From assembly GCA_965217295.1 (NCBI GenBank), contig CBDCHR010000007.1, forward strand, positions 8,258 through 72,257: 64,000 nucleotides of DNA, in the 5' to 3' direction. Positions within the stretch are counted from its first letter, which is position 1. Each line of letters opens with the position of its first letter. Source of the DNA: Cyclobacteriaceae bacterium (GTDB lineage: Bacteria > Bacteroidota > Bacteroidia > Cytophagales > Cyclobacteriaceae). The notes beneath the pieces were generated by a model. It was not told the DNA's origin and searched no databases. It saw nothing but the letters and a program-made list of their open reading frames with translations. Made by a program: the position numbers and the translations under genes. Below are positions 50,148 to 59,114 of the stretch, in pieces.

Positions 50148-50399
50148 ATGATGTCCCAGGCTCAATACGACAGCAGCTTGCTGGACACGAAGGTGTTCGC
50201 GTTGCTGTTCGACGGCGTGGCCGGGGCCAAGGTGCTTAGGCGCGTCAACGAGCGGCTTTGTCGAGACGTGGCGTTGGCAAGAGTGGTGCTCTCTCCCGAG
50301 GTGAGCGTCCACCTCGACGCCAGCACACTTACAGCAGCCAAACAAGCGCAGGCCGAGGATACCCAGCCAAGTCTGTTTCCGTGGTTGGCGGCGGCTTGA
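50148..50399 (+). CDS. Hypothetical protein
   Basis: Plausible ORF in the co-directional run; start uncertain. Confidence 0.4.
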   Translation: MMSQAQYDSSLLDTKVFALLFDGVAGAKVLRRVNERLCRDVALARVVLSPEVSVHLDASTLTAAKQAQAEDTQPSLFPWLAAA

Positions 50400-50446
50400 A
50401 CCACCAAACTCACGGGGGCCGCGCATCCTGACAAAGACGGAGGAAC

Positions 50447-50887
50447 ATGGCAACGTATCAAGGTAAAAGGCTCGAGCCGCTGAACGTCGAAGTCACGGTG
50501 GACGGCCAACCGCTACCCCCGCGCAACGACTTGAAAAACCACAGCCCGGACGGGTTCGAGTGGGGCTACGGGGGCAGCGGTCCGGCGCAGCTTGCGCTCG
50601 CCCTCCTAGCCCACCACTTCGGCCAGGACGGTAGCGGGCGGGTGGCGGACAAGAAAGCGCTGGCGCTTTATCAAGCGTTCAAAGCCAAGCTCGTGGCCGG
50701 GCTGCCCAAGGAAGGCTGGACATTGGAGGCGCACGTGATAGACGACACGGTGGCGATGGTCGTCGCCGAACACGCCAGTAGCTCTTTCGAGCGCATGATT
50801 CAACTCGAAGTGTTCTATGAGGCTTTGGAGGAGGAGTACAGCGCAGCACTCGACAGGTTGGAGGTGCTGGAAGACCCTGCCGAGTAA
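50447..50887 (+). CDS. DUF6166-like protein
   Basis: NHSPDGFEWGYGGSGPAQLALALL; SD GGAGG. Confidence 0.75.
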   Translation: MATYQGKRLEPLNVEVTVDGQPLPPRNDLKNHSPDGFEWGYGGSGPAQLALALLAHHFGQDGSGRVADKKALALYQAFKAKLVAGLPKEGWTLEAHVIDDTVAMVVAEHASSSFERMIQLEVFYEALEEEYSAALDRLEVLEDPAE

Positions 50888-50933
50888 AGGGTGTGGGTGT
50901 TCAGCTTTCGACACCTGAAAGGAGAGAACGGCC

Positions 50934-51134
50934 GTGAACGAAACCGAGGTGAAAGACAGCAAACCCAAAAACCTGACCCGTTGTGAGGTCTGCGGCTCGG
51001 AACGCATCCACGTTTATCCGTCCGACGCGCCAGCGCAGCGTCGGGCGCTCTGTCTCCGGTGCGGCGCACACTATGACGAACGGAGCGGCTGGCTGGACCC
51101 GGAGGCTTACTACGTCGTCCCTCGACTTGGCTAA
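50934..51134 (+). CDS. Small zinc-ribbon protein
   Basis: CEVC...CLRC; SD AGGAG. Confidence 0.55.
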   Translation: MNETEVKDSKPKNLTRCEVCGSERIHVYPSDAPAQRRALCLRCGAHYDERSGWLDPEAYYVVPRLG

Positions 51135-51135
51135 A

Positions 51136-51594
51136 ATGCGGGGCGTGACCCATGCAACCAAGCTGCTTTACTTGTACCTGCTCTCCAGGGGCCGCTCGGA
51201 ACTGTCCGCGCCGGCGTTGTCGGCGCGTCTTGGCCTAAGCACGCCTACCGTCCACAAGGCGAAGCAAGACCTGAGAGACGAACACCTGCTGGCCGAGCAC
51301 ACCCCCTACGTCGGCGCGACGAGCGTCTTAGAGGCCGTGGCCGACGAGACGTTCAAAGACTGGCCGCGCCTTAAGCGGCGCAAGCGCGAGTTGCCCAAGG
51401 CAGTCCTTGAAACGCCTATCGCCTCGCGGCTCGTCTGGCTGTACCTGTCGGGCGTGGACGACGCCCAAACCCTCGCCGACCTTGCCGAGGCCCTGGACGT
51501 GCCCTACATGACGGTGTACCGGGGCGTCGGACCTTTGAAGCCGTACCTGGACATTGTCGGCGAGAAACCCATGTACCTGAAACTGGCAGCATAA
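51136..51594 (+). CDS. Tandem winged-HTH DNA-binding protein
   Basis: KLLYLYL..LSAPALSARLGLSTPTV and RLVWLYL..LADLAEALDVPYMTVYR. Confidence 0.7.
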   Translation: MRGVTHATKLLYLYLLSRGRSELSAPALSARLGLSTPTVHKAKQDLRDEHLLAEHTPYVGATSVLEAVADETFKDWPRLKRRKRELPKAVLETPIASRLVWLYLSGVDDAQTLADLAEALDVPYMTVYRGVGPLKPYLDIVGEKPMYLKLAA

Positions 51595-51630
51595 ACGCGG
51601 GTTTCCTCGTCCCAAAGGGGAATTCTCGAG

Positions 51631-51660
51631 TTGACAAGACAGCTACATAGAGGATAAAAT
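51631..51660 (+). promoter_or_regulatory. Sigma70-type promoter
   Basis: TTGACA-N18-TAAAAT, same layout as 47815. Confidence 0.65.
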
Positions 51661-51688
51661 AATGTATCGAGAAGAGAAAGGTGAGGGT

Positions 51689-52198
51689 ATGGACAGCCTC
51701 TTTCGACACCGGGACACGCGGCTCGACTTGGAAGTCTGTCGCCTCAAGGACGACGCGGTGCTGGCGGTGAGTTACTACAAGGTCTCGGGCGGGCTGAAGT
51801 ACCTCGTCTGGCGCTACGAAAGCGTGGACCTGGTGAAGATAACGGCCAACGCCGCACGCTGGGGAATTTTTTCCAAGCGCCCTTACCAGCCGGGGCAAGG
51901 CTGCGATGGTTCCGTGAATGACTGCGCGCTGGCCCTGTTCGTTTACGCCTGCCGGGGTTTCGGCCTGGACCCCGAGGCGGTGTACCAGGCGGCTTATGAG
52001 GGTGAAACGTTGGCAAGCGCCTACGACGGCGACCTGCTCGCTTTTGCCCGGTGGCAAGGCTTGAACGTGCCGAGGGTATGGGGCGAGGCTGCTTTCGATC
52101 AAGTCTGCGCGTCCCTCCACGCGGTCAACTATCATTATCTGGCACAGGTGTTCGAAGAGCATAAGGAGGGGGTATGGACCTCGACTTGGGCAGCTTGA
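51689..52198 (+). CDS. Hypothetical protein
   Basis: SD-like GGTGAGG; host-like codons. Confidence 0.65.
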   Translation: MDSLFRHRDTRLDLEVCRLKDDAVLAVSYYKVSGGLKYLVWRYESVDLVKITANAARWGIFSKRPYQPGQGCDGSVNDCALALFVYACRGFGLDPEAVYQAAYEGETLASAYDGDLLAFARWQGLNVPRVWGEAAFDQVCASLHAVNYHYLAQVFEEHKEGVWTSTWAA

Positions 52199-52467
52199 AC
52201 CTTGAACAGAAACAGCGCTTGCGAAACGCCATCGACGCGGCGCGCGCGCGGGGAGCCTGGTCCTCCCAGCGTGACCGGCACGTGCAGGCGTTCGAGCTGT
52301 GCTACCTCGACGGTTTGACCTTTGAAGAAGCGGCTGAACACATCAGCGCCCTCGACCACGGCGGGCCGGTCACCCGCCAGCGTGTCGGTCAACTGCGGGA
52401 CAGTGGCGAGAAGCTCCTGCGGGCGGTGCTCGCCAAGGAAGACGGCCGAGATGCAGATGAAGCCTAA
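52174..52467 (+). CDS. Sigma-region-4-like HTH protein
   Basis: FELCYLDGLTFEEAAEHI...VTRQRVGQL. Confidence 0.7.
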   Translation: MDLDLGSLNLEQKQRLRNAIDAARARGAWSSQRDRHVQAFELCYLDGLTFEEAAEHISALDHGGPVTRQRVGQLRDSGEKLLRAVLAKEDGRDADEA

Positions 52468-53755
52468 CGCCAGCCACGACCGAGCGCTCCTCGAGCAAGC
52501 TGCTAAGACGAGCCGCTGGTTTGCGGACAAGCGGAGTGAGTGGCTCGAGTACATCGACACCAAGGGCGCACTCAGCGAGCGGATGCGCGAGAGCGCGCAA
52601 CGCGAGGTCCACTTTCGCAAGGCCCTCGAGGTCGCCGACGTCCGCATGCTGGTCGACGCCCATTACCCCGTGGCCAAGGTCGATTTGAGCCGTTCCAAAC
52701 AGCGCATCAAAGCGGTGTGGCGCGGTGGCGACGGCCTGAACGTCGTCCTCGACCCCAAAGGGTTATACGACTTCGTGACAGGCGAGTCCTACGGTGCCTT
52801 GACCTTTCTGACGCGGGTCGTTGGTTTGAGTGTGGAAGCGGCCAAGGAGGAACTGCTTTACTGCGCGGGCTACAGCAGCACCAAACCCCAACATACGACG
52901 ACGGCGACTCAGTTCAGCGCCGCACCCAAAGCGCCTTTTGCGGCCGACCTGCGCCGAGAAGTCTGGCTCGAGCAGCAGTTCGAAGACGCCGTCGCCCTTC
53001 ACCGCCAGGGGAAGCTGTCGGGCGTCAGCGGCTACTTGAAACGAAAGGGCGTGAGCGACGCCCTGTTTCGTCACCACGTTCGGGGACAAGCGGTTTACGC
53101 TGTGGACGACTTTGGCGGGTTCGTGCAGGTGCCCATCCAGACCTTCTCAGGTGAAACCATCGGCTACCAGCGCCTCTACAACCACGCCTGCTTGCAACGG
53201 AAGTACGACCCCGAACCCAGGGACAAGGACTTTATCGGCCGCACCCAGGGCGGTTTCGTCGCGCTCGTGCCCAAGGCGCTCGGGACGCTGCCCGAGGACG
53301 GCGCGGCCTTGGGTCGCTGCTTACGGCAAGGCTACACGCTGAGCTTGTGCGAAGGTATAGCCACCGGCCTGAGCGTCTGCCTGGCGCGGCCCGAGAGTGT
53401 CATGCTCTGCGCGCTCACCGCGAACAACCTAGTGCCGGTGGTTGAGGGTCTTCGGGCGCACTACGGTTACCTTGGCGGACGGCCCCATTGGTTTGCACGG
53501 CGAACCCGCTTGAACATCACCATCTGGGCCGACGATGACCAGTGGAGCAAGGACGCAACAGGCAAAAAAGTCCCCGTTCCCAAACAGGGCGAACCCAACG
53601 CCGGGCGGGAGAAAGCGCTTCAAGCGGCGGACAGGGGAGAGGCCGGTGTGTACTTCCCGGTGTTCGACCAGCGCCACTGGCCGCACCTCCCCACCGACTT
53701 CAACGATTTGCACCGGCTCGAGGGCGTGGAGGCGGTGCAGCGTGCGAGACGGTGA
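52451..53755 (+). CDS. Toprim-domain DNA primase (TraC-like)
   Basis: LCEGIATG, ALTANNL, IWADDD, TDFNDL. Confidence 0.85.
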   Translation: MQMKPNASHDRALLEQAAKTSRWFADKRSEWLEYIDTKGALSERMRESAQREVHFRKALEVADVRMLVDAHYPVAKVDLSRSKQRIKAVWRGGDGLNVVLDPKGLYDFVTGESYGALTFLTRVVGLSVEAAKEELLYCAGYSSTKPQHTTTATQFSAAPKAPFAADLRREVWLEQQFEDAVALHRQGKLSGVSGYLKRKGVSDALFRHHVRGQAVYAVDDFGGFVQVPIQTFSGETIGYQRLYNHACLQRKYDPEPRDKDFIGRTQGGFVALVPKALGTLPEDGAALGRCLRQGYTLSLCEGIATGLSVCLARPESVMLCALTANNLVPVVEGLRAHYGYLGGRPHWFARRTRLNITIWADDDQWSKDATGKKVPVPKQGEPNAGREKALQAADRGEAGVYFPVFDQRHWPHLPTDFNDLHRLEGVEAVQRARR

Positions 53756-53851
53756 GGTGAGGAACCGAAAGCCCCTGGGCCGGTCCGCTGTGACCTCTGC
53801 GCTTGCAAACGCGACCACGTCTAAATCAAACGACCGACGAAGGAGCACTTC

Positions 53852-54409
53852 ATGAATGTCAGGAGCGAAAGCCCCCCAGCCGACACGCCCACCGATTCGA
53901 CCCCGGAGCTACCCCGCACCGTCCAGGAAGTCCTCACCGTGGTGAAAAGCATCCTGCCCGACGACCTCGTGCCCACGCTCCTCTTGGAAACCGAAGAAGG
54001 CTTGGCTATGGGTGGCGTGGCGGAGTTTTTCACGTCTTCCCACACCAAAGCGCGCCTGGCGGCTTACGTCAAAGGCCTTATCGACGCGGCACCCAGCCCG
54101 GTGCGGGCGGCCACGCTCGTCGTCGAAGCCTGGCTGAGCGCCTATCAGCCCACGAACGGCGCGCCGAGTACAGCCTATGTCGCCCCCAGCCAAGACCCCG
54201 AGCGCCGCGAGGTTGTGCTGGTGTACCACGAAACGCCTCACGGCTTCGAGACCTTCACCTTCTTGCTCGAGAACCGCCAGCTCGGCCTACGCCTGAAACC
54301 CGAGGGTGCCCACGACATGCGTTGGAACTTTTTCAGGGGCACCGACCGCATCCTCGAGCCGGACGGCCTGACCCCGGTGGACCTCACGCCCGGCTCCTTG
54401 GACGCGTGA
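53852..54409 (+). CDS. Hypothetical protein
   Basis: SD AAGGAG. Confidence 0.65.
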   Translation: MNVRSESPPADTPTDSTPELPRTVQEVLTVVKSILPDDLVPTLLLETEEGLAMGGVAEFFTSSHTKARLAAYVKGLIDAAPSPVRAATLVVEAWLSAYQPTNGAPSTAYVAPSQDPERREVVLVYHETPHGFETFTFLLENRQLGLRLKPEGAHDMRWNFFRGTDRILEPDGLTPVDLTPGSLDA

Positions 54410-54754
54410 CCTGCACGGCGACTGCGGCGCGCGCTAGGTTGAGTGTGGGCTAGCTGTGGAGGACGTTTGACCGTGCCGCCGACAAACAGCGCTATTCATC
54501 TGGCTTAGAGCGGGTCGCTGGGACAAGGAGAAGCGCGCGCTTACCTCGGGACATCGAGCCTGCTCTCTCGTCCCCAAGGGTTAAGTTTGGCGCACGACGC
54601 CTCCGGTGCGGCCGGGGTCTTCGTTCCGTCTTCGCTCCACTCGACCCCTGTTTACGCGGCTTGCGTTTTGTCAAATAGACTTCTTGTAACAGCAGTCTCG
54701 GTAGCCCACGTTACTCCGTTTCCGTGCTAAAATAATTCCAGAAATGGAGCTTTC

Positions 54755-55198
54755 ATGGAAGCTTTTATCCCCACAGGAACGCCAAATCCCCTCCCTGGCA
54801 CTCGGCTGTTAGCGCTGGAGGCCGACAGCAGTCTCGAAATCATTGAGCAGCTCGAGCAGGGACTCAGCCCGACCAGTGTCGAACGCTTGGCCCGGCACCT
54901 GGACTTACCCCTCACCCAAGTACTCGAGCTGGCCGACCTCAGGAGCAGCACCTTCTTCGAAACCAAAAAGCGCCGCCGTCGCTTGAACCCGGAAGCTTCA
55001 GGTCGCGTTTACCGACTCGCCAAGGTGGTCGAAGCAGCGGAGAGCTACTTTGAAGACCAAGCAGCCGCCCGGCGCTGGCTCGCCCATCCCAAGGTGGCGC
55101 TCGGCGGCAAAGTCCCGCTCAGCTTCGCGCGCAGTGCCGAAGGCGCGGACTACGTGGTCAAGCTCCTGGGGCGCATGGCGCACGGCGTGGTGTCCTGA
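54755..55198 (+). CDS. Xre/MbcA/ParS-family antitoxin
   Basis: HTH plus WLAHPKVALGGKVPL...GVVS C-terminus. Confidence 0.9.
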   Translation: MEAFIPTGTPNPLPGTRLLALEADSSLEIIEQLEQGLSPTSVERLARHLDLPLTQVLELADLRSSTFFETKKRRRRLNPEASGRVYRLAKVVEAAESYFEDQAAARRWLAHPKVALGGKVPLSFARSAEGADYVVKLLGRMAHGVVS

Positions 55199-55677
55199 AG
55201 GCATACCGGATTTCAGAAGCACGGTTTCCAGACACCATGAGCGGCCAGGGGGCTTACCTCTACGGTGGCCGCTGGAACAGCCCCGAACACCGGGTGGTCT
55301 ATGCCAGCGGCAACCTCACCCTGGCGATGCTCGAGGTGCTCATTCACATCGACGACGCCGAGGCGTTTCTTAATAAAGCATATGTCTACCACGCGGTCGA
55401 GTTCGACGAGGCGGACGTGGCTGTACTGGCGGCTGCGTCCCTCCCCACAGGCTGGAACGCCCGGCCCGAGACGCGCGCCTCACAAAGTGTCGGCGACGAG
55501 TTCTTGGAGCGGGCGGCGGGCGTGGTGCTCGCGGTGCCGAGCGTGGTGGTGCCGAGCAGTTTGCTCTACGACCCGCTCTACATGACCTACCTCATCAACC
55601 CGGTGCAGCCCGAGTACGCGCGGGTGGTTGCGGTTGGGGAGGTTCAGGCGTTGGACTGGGACCCGCGGTTGACCTAG
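55195..55677 (+). CDS. RES-domain toxin (probable CTG start at 55195)
   Basis: AYRI...SGQGAYLYGGRWNS, VYAS, AMLEVL, VPS, YLINP. Confidence 0.88.
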   Translation: MKAYRISEARFPDTMSGQGAYLYGGRWNSPEHRVVYASGNLTLAMLEVLIHIDDAEAFLNKAYVYHAVEFDEADVAVLAAASLPTGWNARPETRASQSVGDEFLERAAGVVLAVPSVVVPSSLLYDPLYMTYLINPVQPEYARVVAVGEVQALDWDPRLT

Positions 55678-55781
55678 GCGAGGTAAAGAGCAGGCAGCTG
55701 CCGACCGGCGAGACGTTGCTCGATCTTGACCGGTGCCGACAACCCGCTTACGATGGTTTCATCCTGAGAAGAGGTGTCAGC

Positions 55782-56357
55782 GTGAGCAACCTTGCCAAAC
55801 CCCTGCAAAGCCTCCGCGAGCTGACCGAAGGATTCAAAGGGGAATTTGAAAAACACGTGCGACGTGTTTACGCTCGTCACGGTGGCCTGCTGATTCTGGC
55901 GGATGTCTCGGCGAGCATGGCCGAGCGCGCCGGGGAGAGCAGCAAACACGAGGTACTGAAAGAGGTGCTGTCAGCCGTGCTCAGGCCGGGGGACGGCCTT
56001 ATCGCCTTTGCAGGCCGACCGCTACGCCTCGCCAGGGCGGCGGACCTGCCCGCCCCTTTGGGCGGCACCGCGCTCGAGCTGGCCTTGAGCGAGGCCGTCA
56101 AGACTCAGCCCGAGGTGACCCTGGTGATTTCGGACGGGCAGCCGCGTCACGCCGAGGCTGCTTTGAGCGAGGCGGGCAAACTCAAGGGCGTCGTCAACGT
56201 CGTCTACTGCGGACCCGACGACGACCTCGCGGCGATTGCTTTTATGCGTCAGTTGGCAGCGCAAGGAGGCGGGCGCTGCTGGGTTTACGACCTGCGGCGC
56301 GAAGCGGCCCGCACGCAGCTCGAAGCGGGCGTCCGGGGGGCGCTTCTTCCGGGTTGA
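55782..56357 (+). CDS. vWA-domain protein
   Basis: MIDAS motif DVSASM, GGT, ISDG. Confidence 0.82.
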   Translation: MSNLAKPLQSLRELTEGFKGEFEKHVRRVYARHGGLLILADVSASMAERAGESSKHEVLKEVLSAVLRPGDGLIAFAGRPLRLARAADLPAPLGGTALELALSEAVKTQPEVTLVISDGQPRHAEAALSEAGKLKGVVNVVYCGPDDDLAAIAFMRQLAAQGGGRCWVYDLRREAARTQLEAGVRGALLPG

Positions 56358-56732
56358 GGGGGTGCGGCGTGACGGCTCGAGTCCGGCAAAACCATTAGTG
56401 ACAGTCACCCGCCGGGTGAACCTTGGCGGCCCCCCAGGGGGTCACTCATGCGGCTCGAGGTGTTCGCGGCCCCACTCGAGCCGCCAACGCCCCGCGCACG
56501 TGTGGTCTGACGAGGACACTTCGAACCTCGCCGAGGCAGCCACTACTGGTCTCCTCATGGTCGTTGGCTTGCAAACTGCCGTCCCCTGATGCTGTCAAGC
56601 CATCCCCTCGGCCCCACGCCAGCACCCATCCTAGATAGCTCATTCCTTACCAACTCGCCTGTTACTTCTTCGCTGCCGCGGGGCCGTACCCTCAGCGCTG
56701 CGCTCGAGCCGGTGGAGGCTGCGGGTGTGGTC

Positions 56733-56794
56733 GTGTCCGGGCCGTCCCCGCGACGGCGGAAAAGCACGCCGTCGGGGAGCCCCGGCCCGGACAC
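56733..56794. other. GC-rich nested hairpin
   Basis: GTGTCCGGGCC/GGCCCGGACAC with inner GACGGCG-gaaaagca-CGCCGTC. Confidence 0.7.
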
Positions 56795-56827
56795 TCGCTC
56801 GGTGGGTGGGCGGCGTGGGTGCAGCTT

Positions 56828-57175
56828 TCAGCTCGACCCATCAGGGGGCGCGTCGTCGAGCGGAGCGGACTCGCCGGCTGCCTCGTCCGAAGACTCGGGG
56901 TTAGGGAACCCTGAGCGCTGCCGGTAAGCCTCTACCTCCGGGAACAGCTCGAGCTGGCGTTTGGTCGTGACGTAGCTGTCGAGCAGCGGCATGAGGCGTG
57001 CAGCGTCGAGCGCTCCTTTCTCTTTATCAAGTTCGCTCAAGACGGCCGCGCCGACGGTGCGACAGCGTTCGTCGTGGCGTTGGGCCACAAGAAGGTCGCG
57101 CTTTTTCCTAGCCTCTTGTAAGCGCTGCTCGAGCACTTCGACTTCTTCGATGACCGTGTCCAACTTTGGGGGCAT
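56828..57175 (-). CDS. MobC/TraD-like small mobilisation protein
   Basis: Coiled coil, RTVGAAVL, LLDSYVTTKRQLELF; next to oriT. Confidence 0.55.
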   Translation of the reverse strand: MPPKLDTVIEEVEVLEQRLQEARKKRDLLVAQRHDERCRTVGAAVLSELDKEKGALDAARLMPLLDSYVTTKRQLELFPEVEAYRQRSGFPNPESSDEAAGESAPLDDAPPDGSS

Positions 57176-57539
57176 AGGATCTCCCTGCAAGGTGATTTAG
57201 GACAACCTTACACCTGTCAAAAGGAGCTTGTAAAGTTTTTAATCGTCAATCTTAGAGCGGTTGTATAGTAGCGCCAATATGTTTAGCAAGAGGCTCAAAC
57301 GTTGAGGTTTGGCGATGGACGTTTGTATATCCTCGACACCACGCTCGAGCTTTATTGAACAGAGGTTGGCAGGAGCCGAGGTTGTGTGGGTGTGAGCGCT
57401 CATGTAGCTGCAAAGGTCGAGGGTAGAACAGCCAAAAATTCAGCTCGAGCAACGTTTTCCGCTAGGACTCGAAGGCAGGGGTGGGGGTGCAACGCTTAAA
57501 CCTACTTTCAACTCTGTGTTGTTACGAGGCCGCCCCGGT

Positions 57540-57611
57540 CGCAGGACGAAGCCTCGGGAAAACACGGACTCTGGGAGGCCGCCATTCCAGCGGCTCCGGC
57601 TTCGTCCTGCG
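57540..57611. other. 14-bp inverted repeat just inside the leading side of oriT
   Basis: CGCAGGACGAAGCC ... GGCTTCGTCCTGCG. Confidence 0.65.
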
Positions 57612-57749
57612 CGCCGCTTTTGGCCCCTTTGTGAGGGTCAACGCCATGCGTAAAAAGCAGTTCCAAGGGGTGGTGGGGACGCGCCCGGCGTGGGTGAGGA
57701 CCAGGCCGATTGCAGGCCGAAGCTCAGCGGCCAGGGCGGGGGGCGAATC

Positions 57750-57790
57750 CTAGGCAGGATAAGGGCTGGCATAGGGCTTCTATGCCAAGA
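57750..57790 (-). other. oriT: MOB-P-type origin of transfer; predicted nic between 57754 and 57755
   Basis: Minus strand: TGGCATAG-aagcc-CTATGCCA inverted repeat, then gcccTTATCCTG^CC, matching the YATCCTG^Y consensus; upstream of the RHH and relaxase genes. Confidence 0.8.
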
Positions 57791-57960
57791 GACTATTTAT
57801 ATCGTGCTACACGCAAACCTGACACGTCGTTCTACACATTGTCACGTCGATTTTCTAGCGTAGAGTTCGTAGATTTACCGTTCCTCACGCACAGAGGACA
57901 CTTTTTCACCCGTCCCATACTTTTACAGGTCATTGACAGAATCAAAGTTAGACACGTAGT

Positions 57961-58461
57961 ATGGTAGCGTTTGGAGGTGGTATGCGGCGCAGCCTGTCGA
58001 TTTATCTGAACAAGGATTTGGAGGACAAACTCAAACGCTTGGCAACCCTCGAGAACAGGTCGCTGAGCAACTTTATTGTGGAGCTTTTGAACAAGGCGCT
58101 TGCTTATGAAACAGAGCGCGTTGTGCTCGACCAACTGGTCCCGGAATTTACCAAGGTGTTGCGGATGCGCGAGGACCGCTGGGCCAACCTGTTGGCGCGG
58201 TCTGCCCTCGACGCCGCGGCCACGAGGAACTTTGTGCTCAACGCGCTGAGCGAACTGCCGGGCGGCCCCAGTCGGGAGCGTGCCTATGCGCTCAACGAGG
58301 CCGCTTACAGCCTGGCCGTGAGTTCGCTCAAGACGGGGAACGAGGACCTCTTCGAAATCATCGCGGCCATCGCCGACATCGACGACGCACGCGAGGCGGC
58401 CAAGGTCATCCAGCGTCTTCAGGAAGAGGTGTGGCGGCAAGGAAGGAGCGAAGATGAATAA
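57961..58461 (+). CDS. RHH relaxosome accessory protein
   Basis: RSLSIYLNKDL..KLKRLA..ENRSLSNFI. Confidence 0.75.
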   Translation: MVAFGGGMRRSLSIYLNKDLEDKLKRLATLENRSLSNFIVELLNKALAYETERVVLDQLVPEFTKVLRMREDRWANLLARSALDAAATRNFVLNALSELPGGPSRERAYALNEAAYSLAVSSLKTGNEDLFEIIAAIADIDDAREAAKVIQRLQEEVWRQGRSEDE

Positions 58462-58473
58462 AGGTGGCGGGTC

Positions 58474-59112
58474 GTGAGCGCGTCACGGTTCAACCCGGAC
58501 ACCGTGCGCACGACCGGGACGTCTCAGCCCGGCCAGCGCGGCGGCCGGGCGGTCGTCAAAGCCAACTATGTCAAAGCCGGGGACGGCACCCGGCAGGTCA
58601 AAGAGAGCGCCTACTACTACATGACCCGCCCCAACGACCAGGGTGAGGCCCAGGAGCGCAGCGGCTTCTCGAACTACGACGACCGCATCGGCCGAGAAGA
58701 GGTCTACGCGCGGCTCGACGAGGCGGGGCGAACGGGTGGCTACCACTACCGCTTGGTCGTGTCGCCGGGCACCGACAGAAACGCCGAGAACGTGGACATG
58801 AAAAGCTTCGCCCGCGACACGATGAACCGGCTCGAGGTCCGTATGCAAAAGACGCTTTCCTGGGTGGCTTTCGAGCACTCAGGCGGCGGCGCGCACACCG
58901 AGCACGGCCACGTCCACTTGATAGTCACCACCTCCCGGCGGCTGGACCGCGAGGACTTCGAGCAACTGCGCGACGACGTCAGGCAAAGCTTCGGCCAGGC
59001 GCTCGAGAACCGCCCCGAGCACTTCGCCGAACTCGGCGGCGGCCTTGGTAAAACGCCAGCCCAGGAACAACATTTGGGACTCGAAGGGTACGAAGGGGGG
59101 TTGGAGCTGTGA
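58474..59112 (+). CDS. Minimal HUH relaxase (MOB-P-like)
   Basis: YYMTR (motif I Tyr), YRLVVSP, EH...HTEHGHVHLIV. Confidence 0.8.
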   Translation: MSASRFNPDTVRTTGTSQPGQRGGRAVVKANYVKAGDGTRQVKESAYYYMTRPNDQGEAQERSGFSNYDDRIGREEVYARLDEAGRTGGYHYRLVVSPGTDRNAENVDMKSFARDTMNRLEVRMQKTLSWVAFEHSGGGAHTEHGHVHLIVTTSRRLDREDFEQLRDDVRQSFGQALENRPEHFAELGGGLGKTPAQEQHLGLEGYEGGLEL

Positions 59113-59114
59113 AG

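Noticed and set aside
54492-54674. Minus-strand Arg-rich 60-aa ORF
   Set aside because: Against the local gene orientation, low complexity, no SD.
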